DNA of 64,000 bases from Candidatus Saccharimonadota bacterium (lineage in GTDB: Bacteria > Patescibacteriota > Saccharimonadia > Saccharimonadales > UBA4665): NCBI GenBank assembly GCA_028289245.1, contig JAQGGT010000006.1, forward strand, positions 144,948 through 208,947. The letters run 5' to 3'. The position numbers were made by a program, and so were the translations under genes. Shown here one piece after another: positions 39,189 to 49,297 of the stretch. How positions within the stretch are numbered: the stretch's first letter is position 1; the number at the start of each line of letters is the position of its first letter. The notes under the pieces are model-generated. The model had not been told where the DNA came from, made no database searches, and saw nothing but the letters and a program-made list of their open reading frames with translations.

Positions 39189-39827
39189 TTACCGACGAGA
39201 GCGCTTAGTGATCTCTTGCAGCAACTTACCTTTGCGGTCGACCGTATTGAGTAAAACTTTACGGCCGGCTTCTTTTTTGCGCTCTGACCTAACGCGGCCT
39301 AAGCTGCTCCAGGCAACTGCATATGCTTCATGGTGGGGAGAGCGATTTTTGATGACTTCGTCTGAGGCAAACGTGGTTTCGATGTCAACACCATAGCGCT
39401 TGAACAGAGTAGCTGCGTTCTGCACGTGATAACTGACGCTCAAAAGCGCGATGTGTTTGTACGATGCGCCAACCAACTGCTTGCTGACTTCATCGGCATT
39501 GCTCGCTGTGTCAATCGAGACTTCTTCGGTAAGTACAGCTTCTTCGGGGACCTCTGGGGAAAAGCGCTGGAAGTAACTGCGCATAGCTTCGGCTTCGGCG
39601 GGGGTGTCCTTGCCGGCGGTCTTACCACCCGAAAACAGGATGTGCATACCGGGCTGATAGAGTTCGCCGACGGCTAACACGTTGAGCCGACTCTCGACAC
39701 TGAGGTGCCACTGATTCGCTTGGATGTCGGCTACCGTTGAGTCAACGCCGATATTTTTACCCAGTACGATCAAGAGATCTGGTGGCGTTGCCACCTGTTC
39801 ACCAGAGAGAAACACTTCATGGTCCAT
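39189..39827 (-). CDS. YdcF/ElyC/SanA (DUF218) family protein
   Basis: IVLG, FSGG, EAEAM, EEVSIDTASNA, YH. Confidence 0.85.
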   Translation of the reverse strand: MDHEVFLSGEQVATPPDLLIVLGKNIGVDSTVADIQANQWHLSVESRLNVLAVGELYQPGMHILFSGGKTAGKDTPAEAEAMRSYFQRFSPEVPEEAVLTEEVSIDTASNADEVSKQLVGASYKHIALLSVSYHVQNAATLFKRYGVDIETTFASDEVIKNRSPHHEAYAVAWSSLGRVRSERKKEAGRKVLLNTVDRKGKLLQEITKRSRR

Positions 39828-39892
39828 ATATATACTATACATCTAAAATGGACTTTTTGCAAGTTTCAGCGTTGAACGTGCCGCGACCAAAT

Positions 39893-39921
39893 AAAAAATC
39901 CCAGCGTTGCTGAGATTCTTT
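39893..39921 (-). terminator. terminator after tRNA-Met
   Basis: AATCTCAGC-AAC-GCTGGGATT-TTTT on the minus strand. Confidence 0.65.
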
Positions 39922-39924
39922 ATG

Positions 39925-40001
39925 TGGTAGCGGCGACAAGACTTGAACTTGTGACCCCAGGCTTATGAGTCCTGTGCTCTAACCAGCTGAGCTACGCCGC
40001 C
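39925..40001 (-). tRNA. elongator tRNA-Met (CAT)
   Basis: GGCGGCGTAGCTCAGCTGGTTAGAGCACAGGACTCATAAGCCTGGGGTCACAAGTTCAAGTCTTGTCGCCGCTACCA. Confidence 0.88.
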
Positions 40002-40043
40002 AGGCAAGTCAGGGCTTACTATAGCATGCTCCGTATCTGTTGG

Positions 40044-41687
40044 CTAGCCTTGGTTGAACTGGCTTTTACGGTGCCAATCAATGACTGCTGCAATATCCTG
40101 ATGGGTAATCTTGGCTGGCGACGTACCGGTTTGGCGCTCGTGGCGCATTTTGCGTTTGCGGACTTCTTCGAGGATGGTAGTGACGTCGCTTCCTGTCATG
40201 CCGGCGGCGGCCTGAGCAAGAAGATCAAAGCGAATTGCCGTACCAACTGGGTCATTAGTCTCCATAATGTCGTCAGGGGTCAAATCAAGATCATCAAAGT
40301 CGGCGCCAAACTCGTGCAGATGAAAATAGGGGGTTATTTTTTTGATAAAGATTTTGCTAAGGGTGTCTTCATCGGGAGTGGGGATGATCAACGGCGTTTC
40401 GAAGCGGCCGGCCCGTAGTAAGGCCGGGTCGAAGCCAGAATCGCGGTTGGTCGCGACCACGATGGTGATGCCGGGGTACTTAGGTGACTCATTAAGGATG
40501 GCCTTAAACTCGGCTACGAGTGCGCTGCTAGCACCTTGACTACCGCCGGCCCCGGTACTGAATAGGCCATCGGCTTCATCAAAAAATAGCAACACTGGCT
40601 CAGTCTGGGAGTGTTCTTGCGCGGCCACGAATATTCGGCGTAAATTCTGCACTGGCTCACCCACCCATTTGGAGGTAATACTCGATACCCTAACAGGGTA
40701 ATAGTTGGCGCCAAGTTCGCGGCTGAGGGCTTTGACGAGCTCGGTTTTGCCAACGCCGCCCGGCCCTTGAATGAGTAAGGCTTTGGGTCGGGTGACGCCG
40801 TATTTGTCGTACATGGCAGGCGGTGTAGCAACGTCGCTGGCGTAGTCGCGGAGCCGAGCAATCTCCTTGGTCAGGCCGCCAAAATCATCAAAGCTAGGGA
40901 AGCCCTCATAAGGGTCACGCTTGAAATTAGTAATAGCCGCTTCTTCGTCGGCCGGCTCCGCCGCTTCCTTAGTAGTAGCTATAGGTGGAAGAATTTGCTT
41001 AAGCTCTTGAGGAGCTTTTTCTTGCGCATCTTCGCCTTCGGCCGCATCTGGCAAGTGGTCGGTATTAGATGAGGTTGGGGGGTGCAGAGATACGCCGGGG
41101 AGCCAAAGGGTAGTTTGGGCGCGGCGGGTGTTGCCATTAAGACTGTGGATGAAGTTTGCGACGCGACTTACGCATTGTCCAACGCCGAAAATGGTTTCAT
41201 CCACATCGGTATCTTCATAGCTAAATAAGGCCGAGCCAAGACCGCCGTTTTCGTGAAAAGGCTGGGAGGCGTCGTAACGTTGTGCGGTTACGCCTAACGA
41301 GGCGGTAGACTCGCCGAGCTCGTAGTCCAGTTCAATGTCGTGGAAGATGCCATTAGCTAAATCATGGTCGGTGGCGTAGATGATAGTACGGTCGCTCACG
41401 CTCCGAATATCGTCAGTAGTACAGAGCGCCAATTTGCTAAAAATTTCTATGGGCAGTAACTTTACGCGAGAAGTCAGGATAATACGGCCTAGGCATGAGA
41501 AGTAATTGTTGGTCCGCTCGACGCCGATGCGCAGTTCAACTGAGTCAGATTCTGTAGCAGTTATCAGCCCGAGCGTGATTAAACCGCGTTGGTCGAGTTG
41601 TTCGGACATGTCACCAGATTCTGCTTCGATTTGCAGTAAGTCATTCGGATCACTGATCAGATGCTTATCCATAACGTCTGGCGTCAT
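40044..41687 (-). CDS. AAA+ ATPase (classic clade) with unknown N-terminal domain
   Basis: GPGGVGKT, SKWVGE, FFDE, ATNR..FDPALLRAGRF, GMTGSD. Confidence 0.9.
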   Translation of the reverse strand: MTPDVMDKHLISDPNDLLQIEAESGDMSEQLDQRGLITLGLITATESDSVELRIGVERTNNYFSCLGRIILTSRVKLLPIEIFSKLALCTTDDIRSVSDRTIIYATDHDLANGIFHDIELDYELGESTASLGVTAQRYDASQPFHENGGLGSALFSYEDTDVDETIFGVGQCVSRVANFIHSLNGNTRRAQTTLWLPGVSLHPPTSSNTDHLPDAAEGEDAQEKAPQELKQILPPIATTKEAAEPADEEAAITNFKRDPYEGFPSFDDFGGLTKEIARLRDYASDVATPPAMYDKYGVTRPKALLIQGPGGVGKTELVKALSRELGANYYPVRVSSITSKWVGEPVQNLRRIFVAAQEHSQTEPVLLFFDEADGLFSTGAGGSQGASSALVAEFKAILNESPKYPGITIVVATNRDSGFDPALLRAGRFETPLIIPTPDEDTLSKIFIKKITPYFHLHEFGADFDDLDLTPDDIMETNDPVGTAIRFDLLAQAAAGMTGSDVTTILEEVRKRKMRHERQTGTSPAKITHQDIAAVIDWHRKSQFNQG

Positions 41688-41721
41688 AATAAAATTCTGA
41701 CCCTAAAAAAGCAAACAAAAA

Positions 41722-42483
41722 CTAGTATGTTTTCAGGAACAGATAGATGGCGGTCGCAAAACCGATGCTGATCACGATCATCCGGATGGTGTGCGAGGGG
41801 ATCTTTTGGGCCAGTACGGCGCCGCTGTAACCGCCGACGGTATTGCCAGCAGCCATGGCTAGGCCGTGATGCCAATCGATCAAGCCGGCGCTGTACAGGC
41901 AAATAATCGATACCAGGGCCATCGAGGCGGCAGCCATGTTCTTGATGGCGTTCATTTGGTGGGTGTCCTGCAACTTGGTAAAGCCCAAAAAGGCCAGCAT
42001 CACAAACCCAAAACCGGCACCGAAGTAGCCGCCGTAAATGCCCAATGGCAGCAGGGCCAGGGCAATGTAGAAGAGTGGGCCGACTCGCTTAGCGCGGCTC
42101 TTCAGATGCTTGTGGAGTTGGTGGTGGAGCAGCGGCTGGAAGGCAAAGAGTACGACGGCAAACAAGATCAGTCCCGGCACCAGCTGCTCGAAATTCTTCG
42201 ATGGCGTGTGGCGCAAAATCGTCGCCCCGATGCCGCCGCCAACGGCACAAGGCACCACTAGCCAGAGGTAGATGCGCGGCGTCTTGCGGAGGTAATCGCG
42301 GTAGCCCAACGCCGAAGCCAGCTGGCCCGGCAGGACGATCAAACTTGAGGTGGCATTGGCCATCAGCGGCGGTATGCCGACCGCGAGCAGTACCGGAAAA
42401 CCGAGCAGCATACCGCCACCGGCAATGGCGTTCATGACACCGACCATGATGCCAACAAAAAATAGCAGTGTATCTATAAGCAT
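41722..42483 (-). CDS. TauE/SafE sulfite exporter family
   Basis: NAIAGGG, ANATS, YGGYFGAG. Confidence 0.93.
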   Translation of the reverse strand: MLIDTLLFFVGIMVGVMNAIAGGGMLLGFPVLLAVGIPPLMANATSSLIVLPGQLASALGYRDYLRKTPRIYLWLVVPCAVGGGIGATILRHTPSKNFEQLVPGLILFAVVLFAFQPLLHHQLHKHLKSRAKRVGPLFYIALALLPLGIYGGYFGAGFGFVMLAFLGFTKLQDTHQMNAIKNMAAASMALVSIICLYSAGLIDWHHGLAMAAGNTVGGYSGAVLAQKIPSHTIRMIVISIGFATAIYLFLKTY

Positions 42484-42535
42484 GTTTGTTTTGAGGTTAT
42501 GGTTTTAGTATAGCAAGTATATGGTCGGATGCTGG

Positions 42536-43096
42536 CTACACTTTTCGCTGTGTAAGCCAGTCGCAAAAGTCATTCCAAGTCGTGGCTAAGCCGCCCATAG
42601 CGGATATCCCGCCGGCGACTTGTTCGGCCACACTGTGCTCACCGCCATCAAAGGAAGTGATTCGTAGGTGGCTGATCTCAGCCTCGCCGCGGGGTGCCTT
42701 GAGGAGTACGCCAACCCTATCGCGCACGAATGCCTGCTCGCCCTGGGCATCACGATAGACAATGTATTGGCGAAGGATAATCGTCCGGTCACTTAGCTCG
42801 GCACAGAGTCGTAAGTAGTCGTCGACCGTGAAGTATTGATCGATATATTTCATGTAGGGACCCGGGAAACCGCCCAGCCCGGGGATAATCCAACTGTCGT
42901 CGGTGATTACCACTGGTGCTTTCAGATGTGCGTAGGCTTGAAGGGCTTTATCGGCAGCAATGGCCTCGCCACTGTCGGCCTGAATTTCGACAAAATCTAG
43001 AGAAAGGCGATCAAAGCTGACGCCACGGGGTTCGCAAACTGCCCGGGCAGCTAAAACCTTGAGATCGTTGCTGGTAATAAAGGTAAAGCTGGCCAC
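42536..43096 (-). CDS. Ham1/RdgB-like non-canonical NTP pyrophosphatase
   Basis: FITSNDLK, EIQ, DDSW.IPGLGGFPGPYMK. Confidence 0.88.
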   Translation of the reverse strand: MASFTFITSNDLKVLAARAVCEPRGVSFDRLSLDFVEIQADSGEAIAADKALQAYAHLKAPVVITDDSWIIPGLGGFPGPYMKYIDQYFTVDDYLRLCAELSDRTIILRQYIVYRDAQGEQAFVRDRVGVLLKAPRGEAEISHLRITSFDGGEHSVAEQVAGGISAMGGLATTWNDFCDWLTQRKV

Positions 43097-43608
43097 TAGA
43101 TTATTTGGGTGATTACCGCATTTTTGAAGTGCTCGGAGCCCCTAAACGGAATCTCTGGATGCAGCGTGTGGCGGAGTGCTCGGCCAATGGCGCCATGTGA
43201 GACCACCAGAATCGTGTCGTAGGGCAGGGAATTTAAAAACTCGACCGCTTTGTGGGCTCGTGCCAGAATCTGCTCTTCTGTTTCGACGCCTTCAATGCCG
43301 GTCATGTCCATGTCGGCTTGATAGGCCGTGCCCTCTAGAACGCCAAAACCCCGTTCCATAAACAAGTCCTTGCTGATAATGTCGGCCGCCGGGATATCGA
43401 CCGCACCGGCGATGATGACCGCAGTGTCGTAGGCTCGCTTCATCGGTGAGGTGACGATAGCATTGATACCAAGATGGACTGCTTCCTGGGCGGCGTGTTT
43501 ACATTGCTCGATGCCTTCCGGTGCGAGCGGCGTCTCGGTGCGTCCCGAAAATATGCCCTGTTGATTCATGACACTTAGCCCGTGGCGTACAAAATAGAGG
43601 CGTTTCAT
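43096..43608 (-). CDS. histidine phosphatase
   Basis: RHG, SPMKRA, ERGFG, VSHG. Confidence 0.9.
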   Translation of the reverse strand: MKRLYFVRHGLSVMNQQGIFSGRTETPLAPEGIEQCKHAAQEAVHLGINAIVTSPMKRAYDTAVIIAGAVDIPAADIISKDLFMERGFGVLEGTAYQADMDMTGIEGVETEEQILARAHKAVEFLNSLPYDTILVVSHGAIGRALRHTLHPEIPFRGSEHFKNAVITQII

Positions 43609-43654
43609 AGCTTTAGTATACCGAAGTTGGCGGCTAGGTTGCTATGATGGCAGC

Positions 43655-44539
43655 ATGGATGTTCGGTTAGAGCCAGGTAAGTATGTGATAGCCGTCAGCG
43701 GTGGTGTCGATTCGGTGGTGCTGCTCGATCTGCTCGCCAAACTCGCCGGTGTAGTGCTGGTGGTGGCCCACTTTGATCATGGTATTCGGTTAGATTCGGC
43801 GGCCGACCGTGAGTTTGTGGCCGGTTTGGCAGCCAGCTACGGACTGGCCTTTTTTAGTGCTGAGGGTCATTTGGGTTCCACGGCCAGCGAAGCCACGGCA
43901 CGAGCGGCCCGCTACGACTTTTTGCGCTCCGTGCAGCGTGAGCAGCAAGCCACGGCGATTATCACCGCTCACCACCAGGACGACCGGCTGGAAACGGCTG
44001 TTATTAATATGATTCGCGGCACCGGCCGGCGCGGCCTGACCGCCTTGGCCGACACGCCAGCCGTCCGCCGACCGCTACTAGCCTTACCCAAAACGGCCAT
44101 AGTCGAATACGCGCACCAGCGGGGCCTAAAGTGGCGCGAGGACAGTACTAATAGCGACCAAAAGTACCTCCGAAATTATATTCGCCACCACCTCGTACCG
44201 CGGTTTTCGGCTGCTGGGCGGCAGCAATTCATCGACCATATCGACCGGCTACAGGTGGTTAATATTGAACTTGATGAGTTGCTCAATGAAGTTATTGCCG
44301 ATCATGGCGCGGCGGTGCTGGAGCGAGCTTGGTTTTGTTGCTTCAACCATGCGCAGGCCAAAGAAGTCTTGGCGCAGTGGTTACGAGCCCAATCGTTAAC
44401 TGACTTTGACGCCAAAACTCTTGAGCGGGGGGTCGTTGGTGCTAAAACACTTCCCGCTGGCTCACTCGTGATGCTCAAAAATAATCGGGCTTTGGCCATC
44501 GGCCGCGAAAGCCTAGCACTCACCACTATTGAGCGCTAG
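43655..44539 (+). CDS. tilS: tRNA(Ile)-lysidine synthetase
   Basis: SGGVDS, HFDHGIR, ARAARY, AHHQDD, EDSTN, RNYIRH. Confidence 0.96.
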   Translation: MDVRLEPGKYVIAVSGGVDSVVLLDLLAKLAGVVLVVAHFDHGIRLDSAADREFVAGLAASYGLAFFSAEGHLGSTASEATARAARYDFLRSVQREQQATAIITAHHQDDRLETAVINMIRGTGRRGLTALADTPAVRRPLLALPKTAIVEYAHQRGLKWREDSTNSDQKYLRNYIRHHLVPRFSAAGRQQFIDHIDRLQVVNIELDELLNEVIADHGAAVLERAWFCCFNHAQAKEVLAQWLRAQSLTDFDAKTLERGVVGAKTLPAGSLVMLKNNRALAIGRESLALTTIER

Positions 44540-44573
44540 TAATGCGCCGAATTCCACGCTATAATAGTGGCTT

Positions 44574-46451
44574 ATGGATAAGAAACCGCCTCGCTCCAAC
44601 CGCCCAAACCGCAAGCCGGCTAATGCTAACCGTCGTAACATGAAGAATGCCGGCTTTTTTGCCATTCTGGTATTACTTGGCTTGATTATTTTTGCCGCCA
44701 CCAGCCAGCCCACAACGCTCAAAGAAATTTCTCGCTCGGCCGCTGTTGCCCAAGCCAACCACGGTGAATACAGCAAAATTAAGGTCAAAGGCAACGAGCT
44801 CGAAATCACCAAAAAAGACCAAAAGGACCCGACCCTCAAAGCCTACGTCGAGCCAAACGTTAGCATCAAAGACCAAGGCTTTGACGCCTCTAAGTTTGAC
44901 CTAGAAGTCGCCCCGGTCACCGATGGATCATCGACTTGGCTCGGCGTTGCTCAGACCGTCATCCCAATTGTCGTTATTGGTGCTTTCTTGTACTTTATGT
45001 TGCGCAGCGCTCAAGGGCAGGGCAACCAAGCCCTTAGTTTCGGCAAAAGCCGAGCTCGCCTCTATGGCAACGAAAAGGATAAGGTCTTATTTAAGAGCAT
45101 CGCCGGTAGCCAAGAAGCGAAGCAAGACCTCGAAGAAGTCGTCGAATTCCTCAAATTCCCTAAGAAATTTGCCGGCATGGGAGCACGAATTCCAAAGGGT
45201 GTCCTGTTAGTTGGTCCTCCTGGCACTGGTAAAACCATGCTGGCCCGGGCCGTTGCTGGCGAAGCCAACGTGCCGTTCTTTAGTATTTCCGGTTCGGAAT
45301 TCGTAGAAATGTTTGTTGGTGTCGGTGCTTCACGTGTTCGCGACCTGTTTGCCAAGGCCAAAAAGAACGCTCCGTGCATTATCTTTGTCGACGAAATCGA
45401 CGCCGTCGGCCGCAAACGCGGTTCCGGTATGGGTGGCGGCCACGATGAGCGGGAGCAGACCCTCAACCAGATTCTTGTCGAGATGGATGGCTTTGACCAA
45501 GGTCAGAATGTCATCGTCCTAGCCGCGACCAACCGGGCTGATGTCCTCGATGCCGCGCTGCTGCGCCCCGGCCGTTTTGACCGACGTGTCAACATCGGCC
45601 TCCCCGATCGCCAAGATCGCCAAGCCATCCTCAAAGTTCACTTCGAAAAGAAACCATTAGCTAAGAACGTCGACCTCGATGCGCTGGCTGCGAAAGCGGC
45701 TGGTTCTTCCGGTGCCGATCTTGCCAACATCGCCAATGAAGCGGCAATTATTGCCGCCCGCAATGCTCACACCGAAATCACTCAACAAGATGTTACTGAG
45801 GCCTTTGAGCGCGTTGCCATCGGCCCCGAACGTAAGAGTAAAGTCATGACCGAAGGTGATAAAGTCGTCACTGCCTACCACGAAGCCGGTCACGCCCTGG
45901 TTGGCCATGTCTTGCCTGATAGTGACCCGGTCCACAAAGTCACCATCATCCCTCGTGGTGGTACCGGTGGCGTTACCTGGTTCATCCCGCCAGAAGACCG
46001 CGTCTATGTATCGCTCATTCAGTATAAAGACGTCTTAGCTCGCGGCCTCGGTGGCCGTATTGCCGAAGAAGTTATCCTCGGTTCAGATCGCATTACTACC
46101 GGTGCTGGCAGCGACCTTCAGAATGCCGCCGAGTTAGCCCGTGACATGATCATCAACCAGGGTATGGGTACCAAACTGCGCGACCAAGTCTTCCGAGTCG
46201 ATGACGGCATGATGCTCGACCGCCTGGTCCACGACAAAGATTACTCCGAAGATACTGCTAAAATTATCGACCAAGAAGTCGAGGCGCTTATCACCGAAGC
46301 TGCCAAGCGGGCTCGAGCCGTCATCACCCATAACCGTGACAAGCTCGAAGCCCTCAAAGATCGTTTGCTCGAAAAAGAGACCGTTGACGCCGATGAAGTC
46401 CTCGAAGTCTTATCTGGTGCCAAGCTGCCCCGCGACGCGGCACTCTACTAA
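44574..46451 (+). CDS. ftsH: ATP-dependent Zn metalloprotease FtsH
   Basis: Two TMs, [22 protein letters not shown]. Confidence 0.98.
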   Translation: MDKKPPRSNRPNRKPANANRRNMKNAGFFAILVLLGLIIFAATSQPTTLKEISRSAAVAQANHGEYSKIKVKGNELEITKKDQKDPTLKAYVEPNVSIKDQGFDASKFDLEVAPVTDGSSTWLGVAQTVIPIVVIGAFLYFMLRSAQGQGNQALSFGKSRARLYGNEKDKVLFKSIAGSQEAKQDLEEVVEFLKFPKKFAGMGARIPKGVLLVGPPGTGKTMLARAVAGEANVPFFSISGSEFVEMFVGVGASRVRDLFAKAKKNAPCIIFVDEIDAVGRKRGSGMGGGHDEREQTLNQILVEMDGFDQGQNVIVLAATNRADVLDAALLRPGRFDRRVNIGLPDRQDRQAILKVHFEKKPLAKNVDLDALAAKAAGSSGADLANIANEAAIIAARNAHTEITQQDVTEAFERVAIGPERKSKVMTEGDKVVTAYHEAGHALVGHVLPDSDPVHKVTIIPRGGTGGVTWFIPPEDRVYVSLIQYKDVLARGLGGRIAEEVILGSDRITTGAGSDLQNAAELARDMIINQGMGTKLRDQVFRVDDGMMLDRLVHDKDYSEDTAKIIDQEVEALITEAAKRARAVITHNRDKLEALKDRLLEKETVDADEVLEVLSGAKLPRDAALY

Positions 46452-46543
46452 GTCGATTGGCTTACAACATTTCCCGCCTCTAGCTCTGTTATCTGCCGCT
46501 CCGCTGATCTATACTAGGATGAGCAAACAGATATGAAACGCGC

Positions 46544-48142
46544 ATGAATCCCACCGCACCGGTCCAAGATAAACGCCGACGAATCAACGTCGGTAATGCA
46601 GCCTTGCTACTGATAGCTACCTCACTAGCTGGCCAAGTGCTCGGCTTCTTGCGTACCAAGCTAGTAAACGCCAACTTCCCGGCCACCGGTCCACACAGCA
46701 CCGACGCCTATTTTGCTGCGTTTAGCATTCCCGACTTTTTCTTCTTTACGCTGGCCGCCGGTGCGCTCGGTGTGGCTTTTATGCCGGTATTGGCCGACCA
46801 CCTCCACAAGAATGATCGCAAGGGCGTCTGGGAGTTATCGGCTTCGCTGCTAAACTTCCTGGCCATACTGATGCTTGGCGTCGGCGTATTCATGTTCGTC
46901 TTTGCCCGACCGCTGATTGAGCATGTGGTGGCGCCTAGCCTCGATCCGCAGCAGCTCGATAATGCCGTGCTCATTATGCGTTTTATCGCCTTTAACCCGC
47001 TGCTATTTACAATTTCAGGTATTCTGACAAGCGTTCAGCAGACTATGGGTCGCTTTTTCTTCTACGCAATTGCGCCGCTGTTTTATAACGCCTCGATTAT
47101 TGCTAGCATTTTTATCTTCCGTGATAACGTTGGTTTAGTCGGTCTAGGTGTCGGTGCGGCTATCGGTGCCTTATTACAATTGTTGATTGTGTTTATGGGC
47201 ACCTCCAAACTCAATTTCCACTACCGGCCGAAGATCAATTGGAGCAGCGCCGATTTTAGGTCGATTCTCAAAAACTTGCCCCCGCGCTCGCTCGACCAAG
47301 GTATCGACCAAGTCGGCAACATCGTCGAAACTCACATTGCTAGCTCGATCGGCCGCGGCGCCATCACTTACTACAGTAACGCCTTTACCCTCAGCACCGC
47401 CCCAATTCTGTTGATCGGCACGGCTATCTCTACTGCCGCTTTCCCGCGGCTTAACCAGCGCCTCAGCCAGGGTCGCCCTGATCTGTTTAGGAAAGACTTT
47501 TTAGAAATTCTGCGCGTCATGATCTGGATTAGTGCGCCGCTAGTAGCGAGCTGTTACTTTGCCCGCGGCTACCTGGCTCGTTTGATCTTCTCACGCGACA
47601 ATAATCAGATTGCCGAAATTTTTGGCTTATTAATTGTGGCCATCTTTTTCAGGATTATTTACGCGATTGTATCGCGGTGGTTTTACGCCCAGAAAGACAC
47701 CAAAACACCCTTATTTGTCTCGTTCTTCACGATCGGGCTGAACGTTTATTTAGCCTACTCGCTGTCTCGTCCGACGGCCTACGGGCTCGAAGGATTAGCG
47801 ATAGCCCAGTCGATTGTAGCCGCCGTCGAAGTCTGTATTTTGCTAGCTATCATGCTACTGCGCGACCATAAACTTTTCGATGCTTACTTCCTGAGCGGGC
47901 TTGTCCGTATTATCTCGGTTACTGGCTTTAGCGTCCTGTCAGGTGCGCTGGCAGTATCCATTTTCCCACTTACTTCCGGTGATCGTGGCTTCTTTACGCT
48001 GGGATCAAAACTTGCCTTTATCGCTATCGCCGTGTTCGGCGTCCACATTGCTCTGTCGGCTTTATTTGGGCTCGAAGAAGTTCGGCCATTTCTAAAGCGG
48101 GTCCGCAAGCTGCTGTTTAAACCGCTAAAAATTCGTGTCTAA
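46544..48142 (+). CDS. murJ: lipid II flippase
   Basis: LGFLR, DAYFAAFSIPD, FYAQKDTKTP; many TMs. Confidence 0.95.
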   Translation: MNPTAPVQDKRRRINVGNAALLLIATSLAGQVLGFLRTKLVNANFPATGPHSTDAYFAAFSIPDFFFFTLAAGALGVAFMPVLADHLHKNDRKGVWELSASLLNFLAILMLGVGVFMFVFARPLIEHVVAPSLDPQQLDNAVLIMRFIAFNPLLFTISGILTSVQQTMGRFFFYAIAPLFYNASIIASIFIFRDNVGLVGLGVGAAIGALLQLLIVFMGTSKLNFHYRPKINWSSADFRSILKNLPPRSLDQGIDQVGNIVETHIASSIGRGAITYYSNAFTLSTAPILLIGTAISTAAFPRLNQRLSQGRPDLFRKDFLEILRVMIWISAPLVASCYFARGYLARLIFSRDNNQIAEIFGLLIVAIFFRIIYAIVSRWFYAQKDTKTPLFVSFFTIGLNVYLAYSLSRPTAYGLEGLAIAQSIVAAVEVCILLAIMLLRDHKLFDAYFLSGLVRIISVTGFSVLSGALAVSIFPLTSGDRGFFTLGSKLAFIAIAVFGVHIALSALFGLEEVRPFLKRVRKLLFKPLKIRV

Positions 48143-48242
48143 AACCTCTTTTTTACAACAGCTTCTAGCGTAAAGATTAAATAATTATTAACTTCTAGCA
48201 AGTAAACCTGGTGTTTATACCGAGACGTCGTATACTGACGCT

Positions 48243-48998
48243 ATGCCAGTAACCGCCAGCGACCAATATGCCCTGAGTGACCGCAATATTATTGTTGGCG
48301 AAGCTCCTCGTACCCAATACGTGCTCCGCGTCAAAGATCTTCCGGATGACGAGCGCCCTCGTGAACGCCTAAATGATCTCGGTCCGCAACACCTCACCGT
48401 CGCTGAGCTATTAGCCATCATTTGGGGAACTGGTAGCCGCAAGGAAGAAGTTTTATCGATGGCGCACCGTACTCTCAAAGAATATGGCGAAAAGACTATT
48501 AGTACCGAGACGGACCCCAAGCGCCTCGCTGAAGTGGCCGATATCCCCCTCACCAAAGCCGGGCAGTTAGTTGCCAGCTTTGAGCTTGGCCGCCGTTACT
48601 ACGCGGCCACGGCCGGCCGGCCGGTGCAAGTTCGTAACGCCCGCCAAGCTTATAGCTACCTCCGCGACATGGGTCGGGGCCAAAAGGAGCAGTTACGCGG
48701 GCTCTATTTAAACAGTCGGTACCAGGTCGTCTACGACGAAGTGATTTCCATCGGTAGCCTTACGAGTAACATTGTGCATCCCCGAGAAGTGTTCCAACCG
48801 GCCATTGAGCGCGGGGCTGTGGCCGTGATCATTGCCCACAATCATCCTTCCGGCCGCACTGACCCTACGAGCGCCGATATTGAGGTCACCCAACAGCTCA
48901 TTGCCGCGGGAGAGGTACTAGGTATTGAGCTGCTCGACCATCTTGTCATTACTACTAATAAATTTGTAAGTGTTATGGAGTGCATAAATCATGACTAA
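48243..48998 (+). CDS. radC: RadC/JAB-domain protein
   Basis: RPRERL, VHPREVF, AHNHPSG, LLDH. Confidence 0.95.
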   Translation: MPVTASDQYALSDRNIIVGEAPRTQYVLRVKDLPDDERPRERLNDLGPQHLTVAELLAIIWGTGSRKEEVLSMAHRTLKEYGEKTISTETDPKRLAEVADIPLTKAGQLVASFELGRRYYAATAGRPVQVRNARQAYSYLRDMGRGQKEQLRGLYLNSRYQVVYDEVISIGSLTSNIVHPREVFQPAIERGAVAVIIAHNHPSGRTDPTSADIEVTQQLIAAGEVLGIELLDHLVITTNKFVSVMECINHD

Positions 48999-49251
48999 TA
49001 AGCCGTACAACTTGAGCGATGCGATCCGTTTGCTGCGCGATAGTGAGGTACCCGAGCGTAATATGACCATCGATGCCTTAGTGGCCTCCGGCGATTGCTT
49101 TATTACCATCGCCACTGCGCTCGACCAGTACGCTCACCTCCACGCCTCGGGCCAAACGGTGCCGGCTGAGCTGGAGGATGCGATTACTACGCTACTCTAC
49201 TTGCAGCGTAACTACCGCGCCGTCCGGAAGCCATCCGACTACCGCCAGTAG
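48991..49251 (+). CDS. hypothetical protein
   Basis: 86-aa ORF overlapping the radC stop. Confidence 0.6.
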   Translation: MTNKPYNLSDAIRLLRDSEVPERNMTIDALVASGDCFITIATALDQYAHLHASGQTVPAELEDAITTLLYLQRNYRAVRKPSDYRQ

Positions 49252-49297
49252 CCGACCTCTGTTAATTTCCGGCTGGTTAGGGTATAATAGCAAGTCA

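Noticed and set aside
48243..48998. radC as a marker of a mobile element
   Set aside because: Full-length chromosomal type between murJ and lepA with no mobility genes nearby
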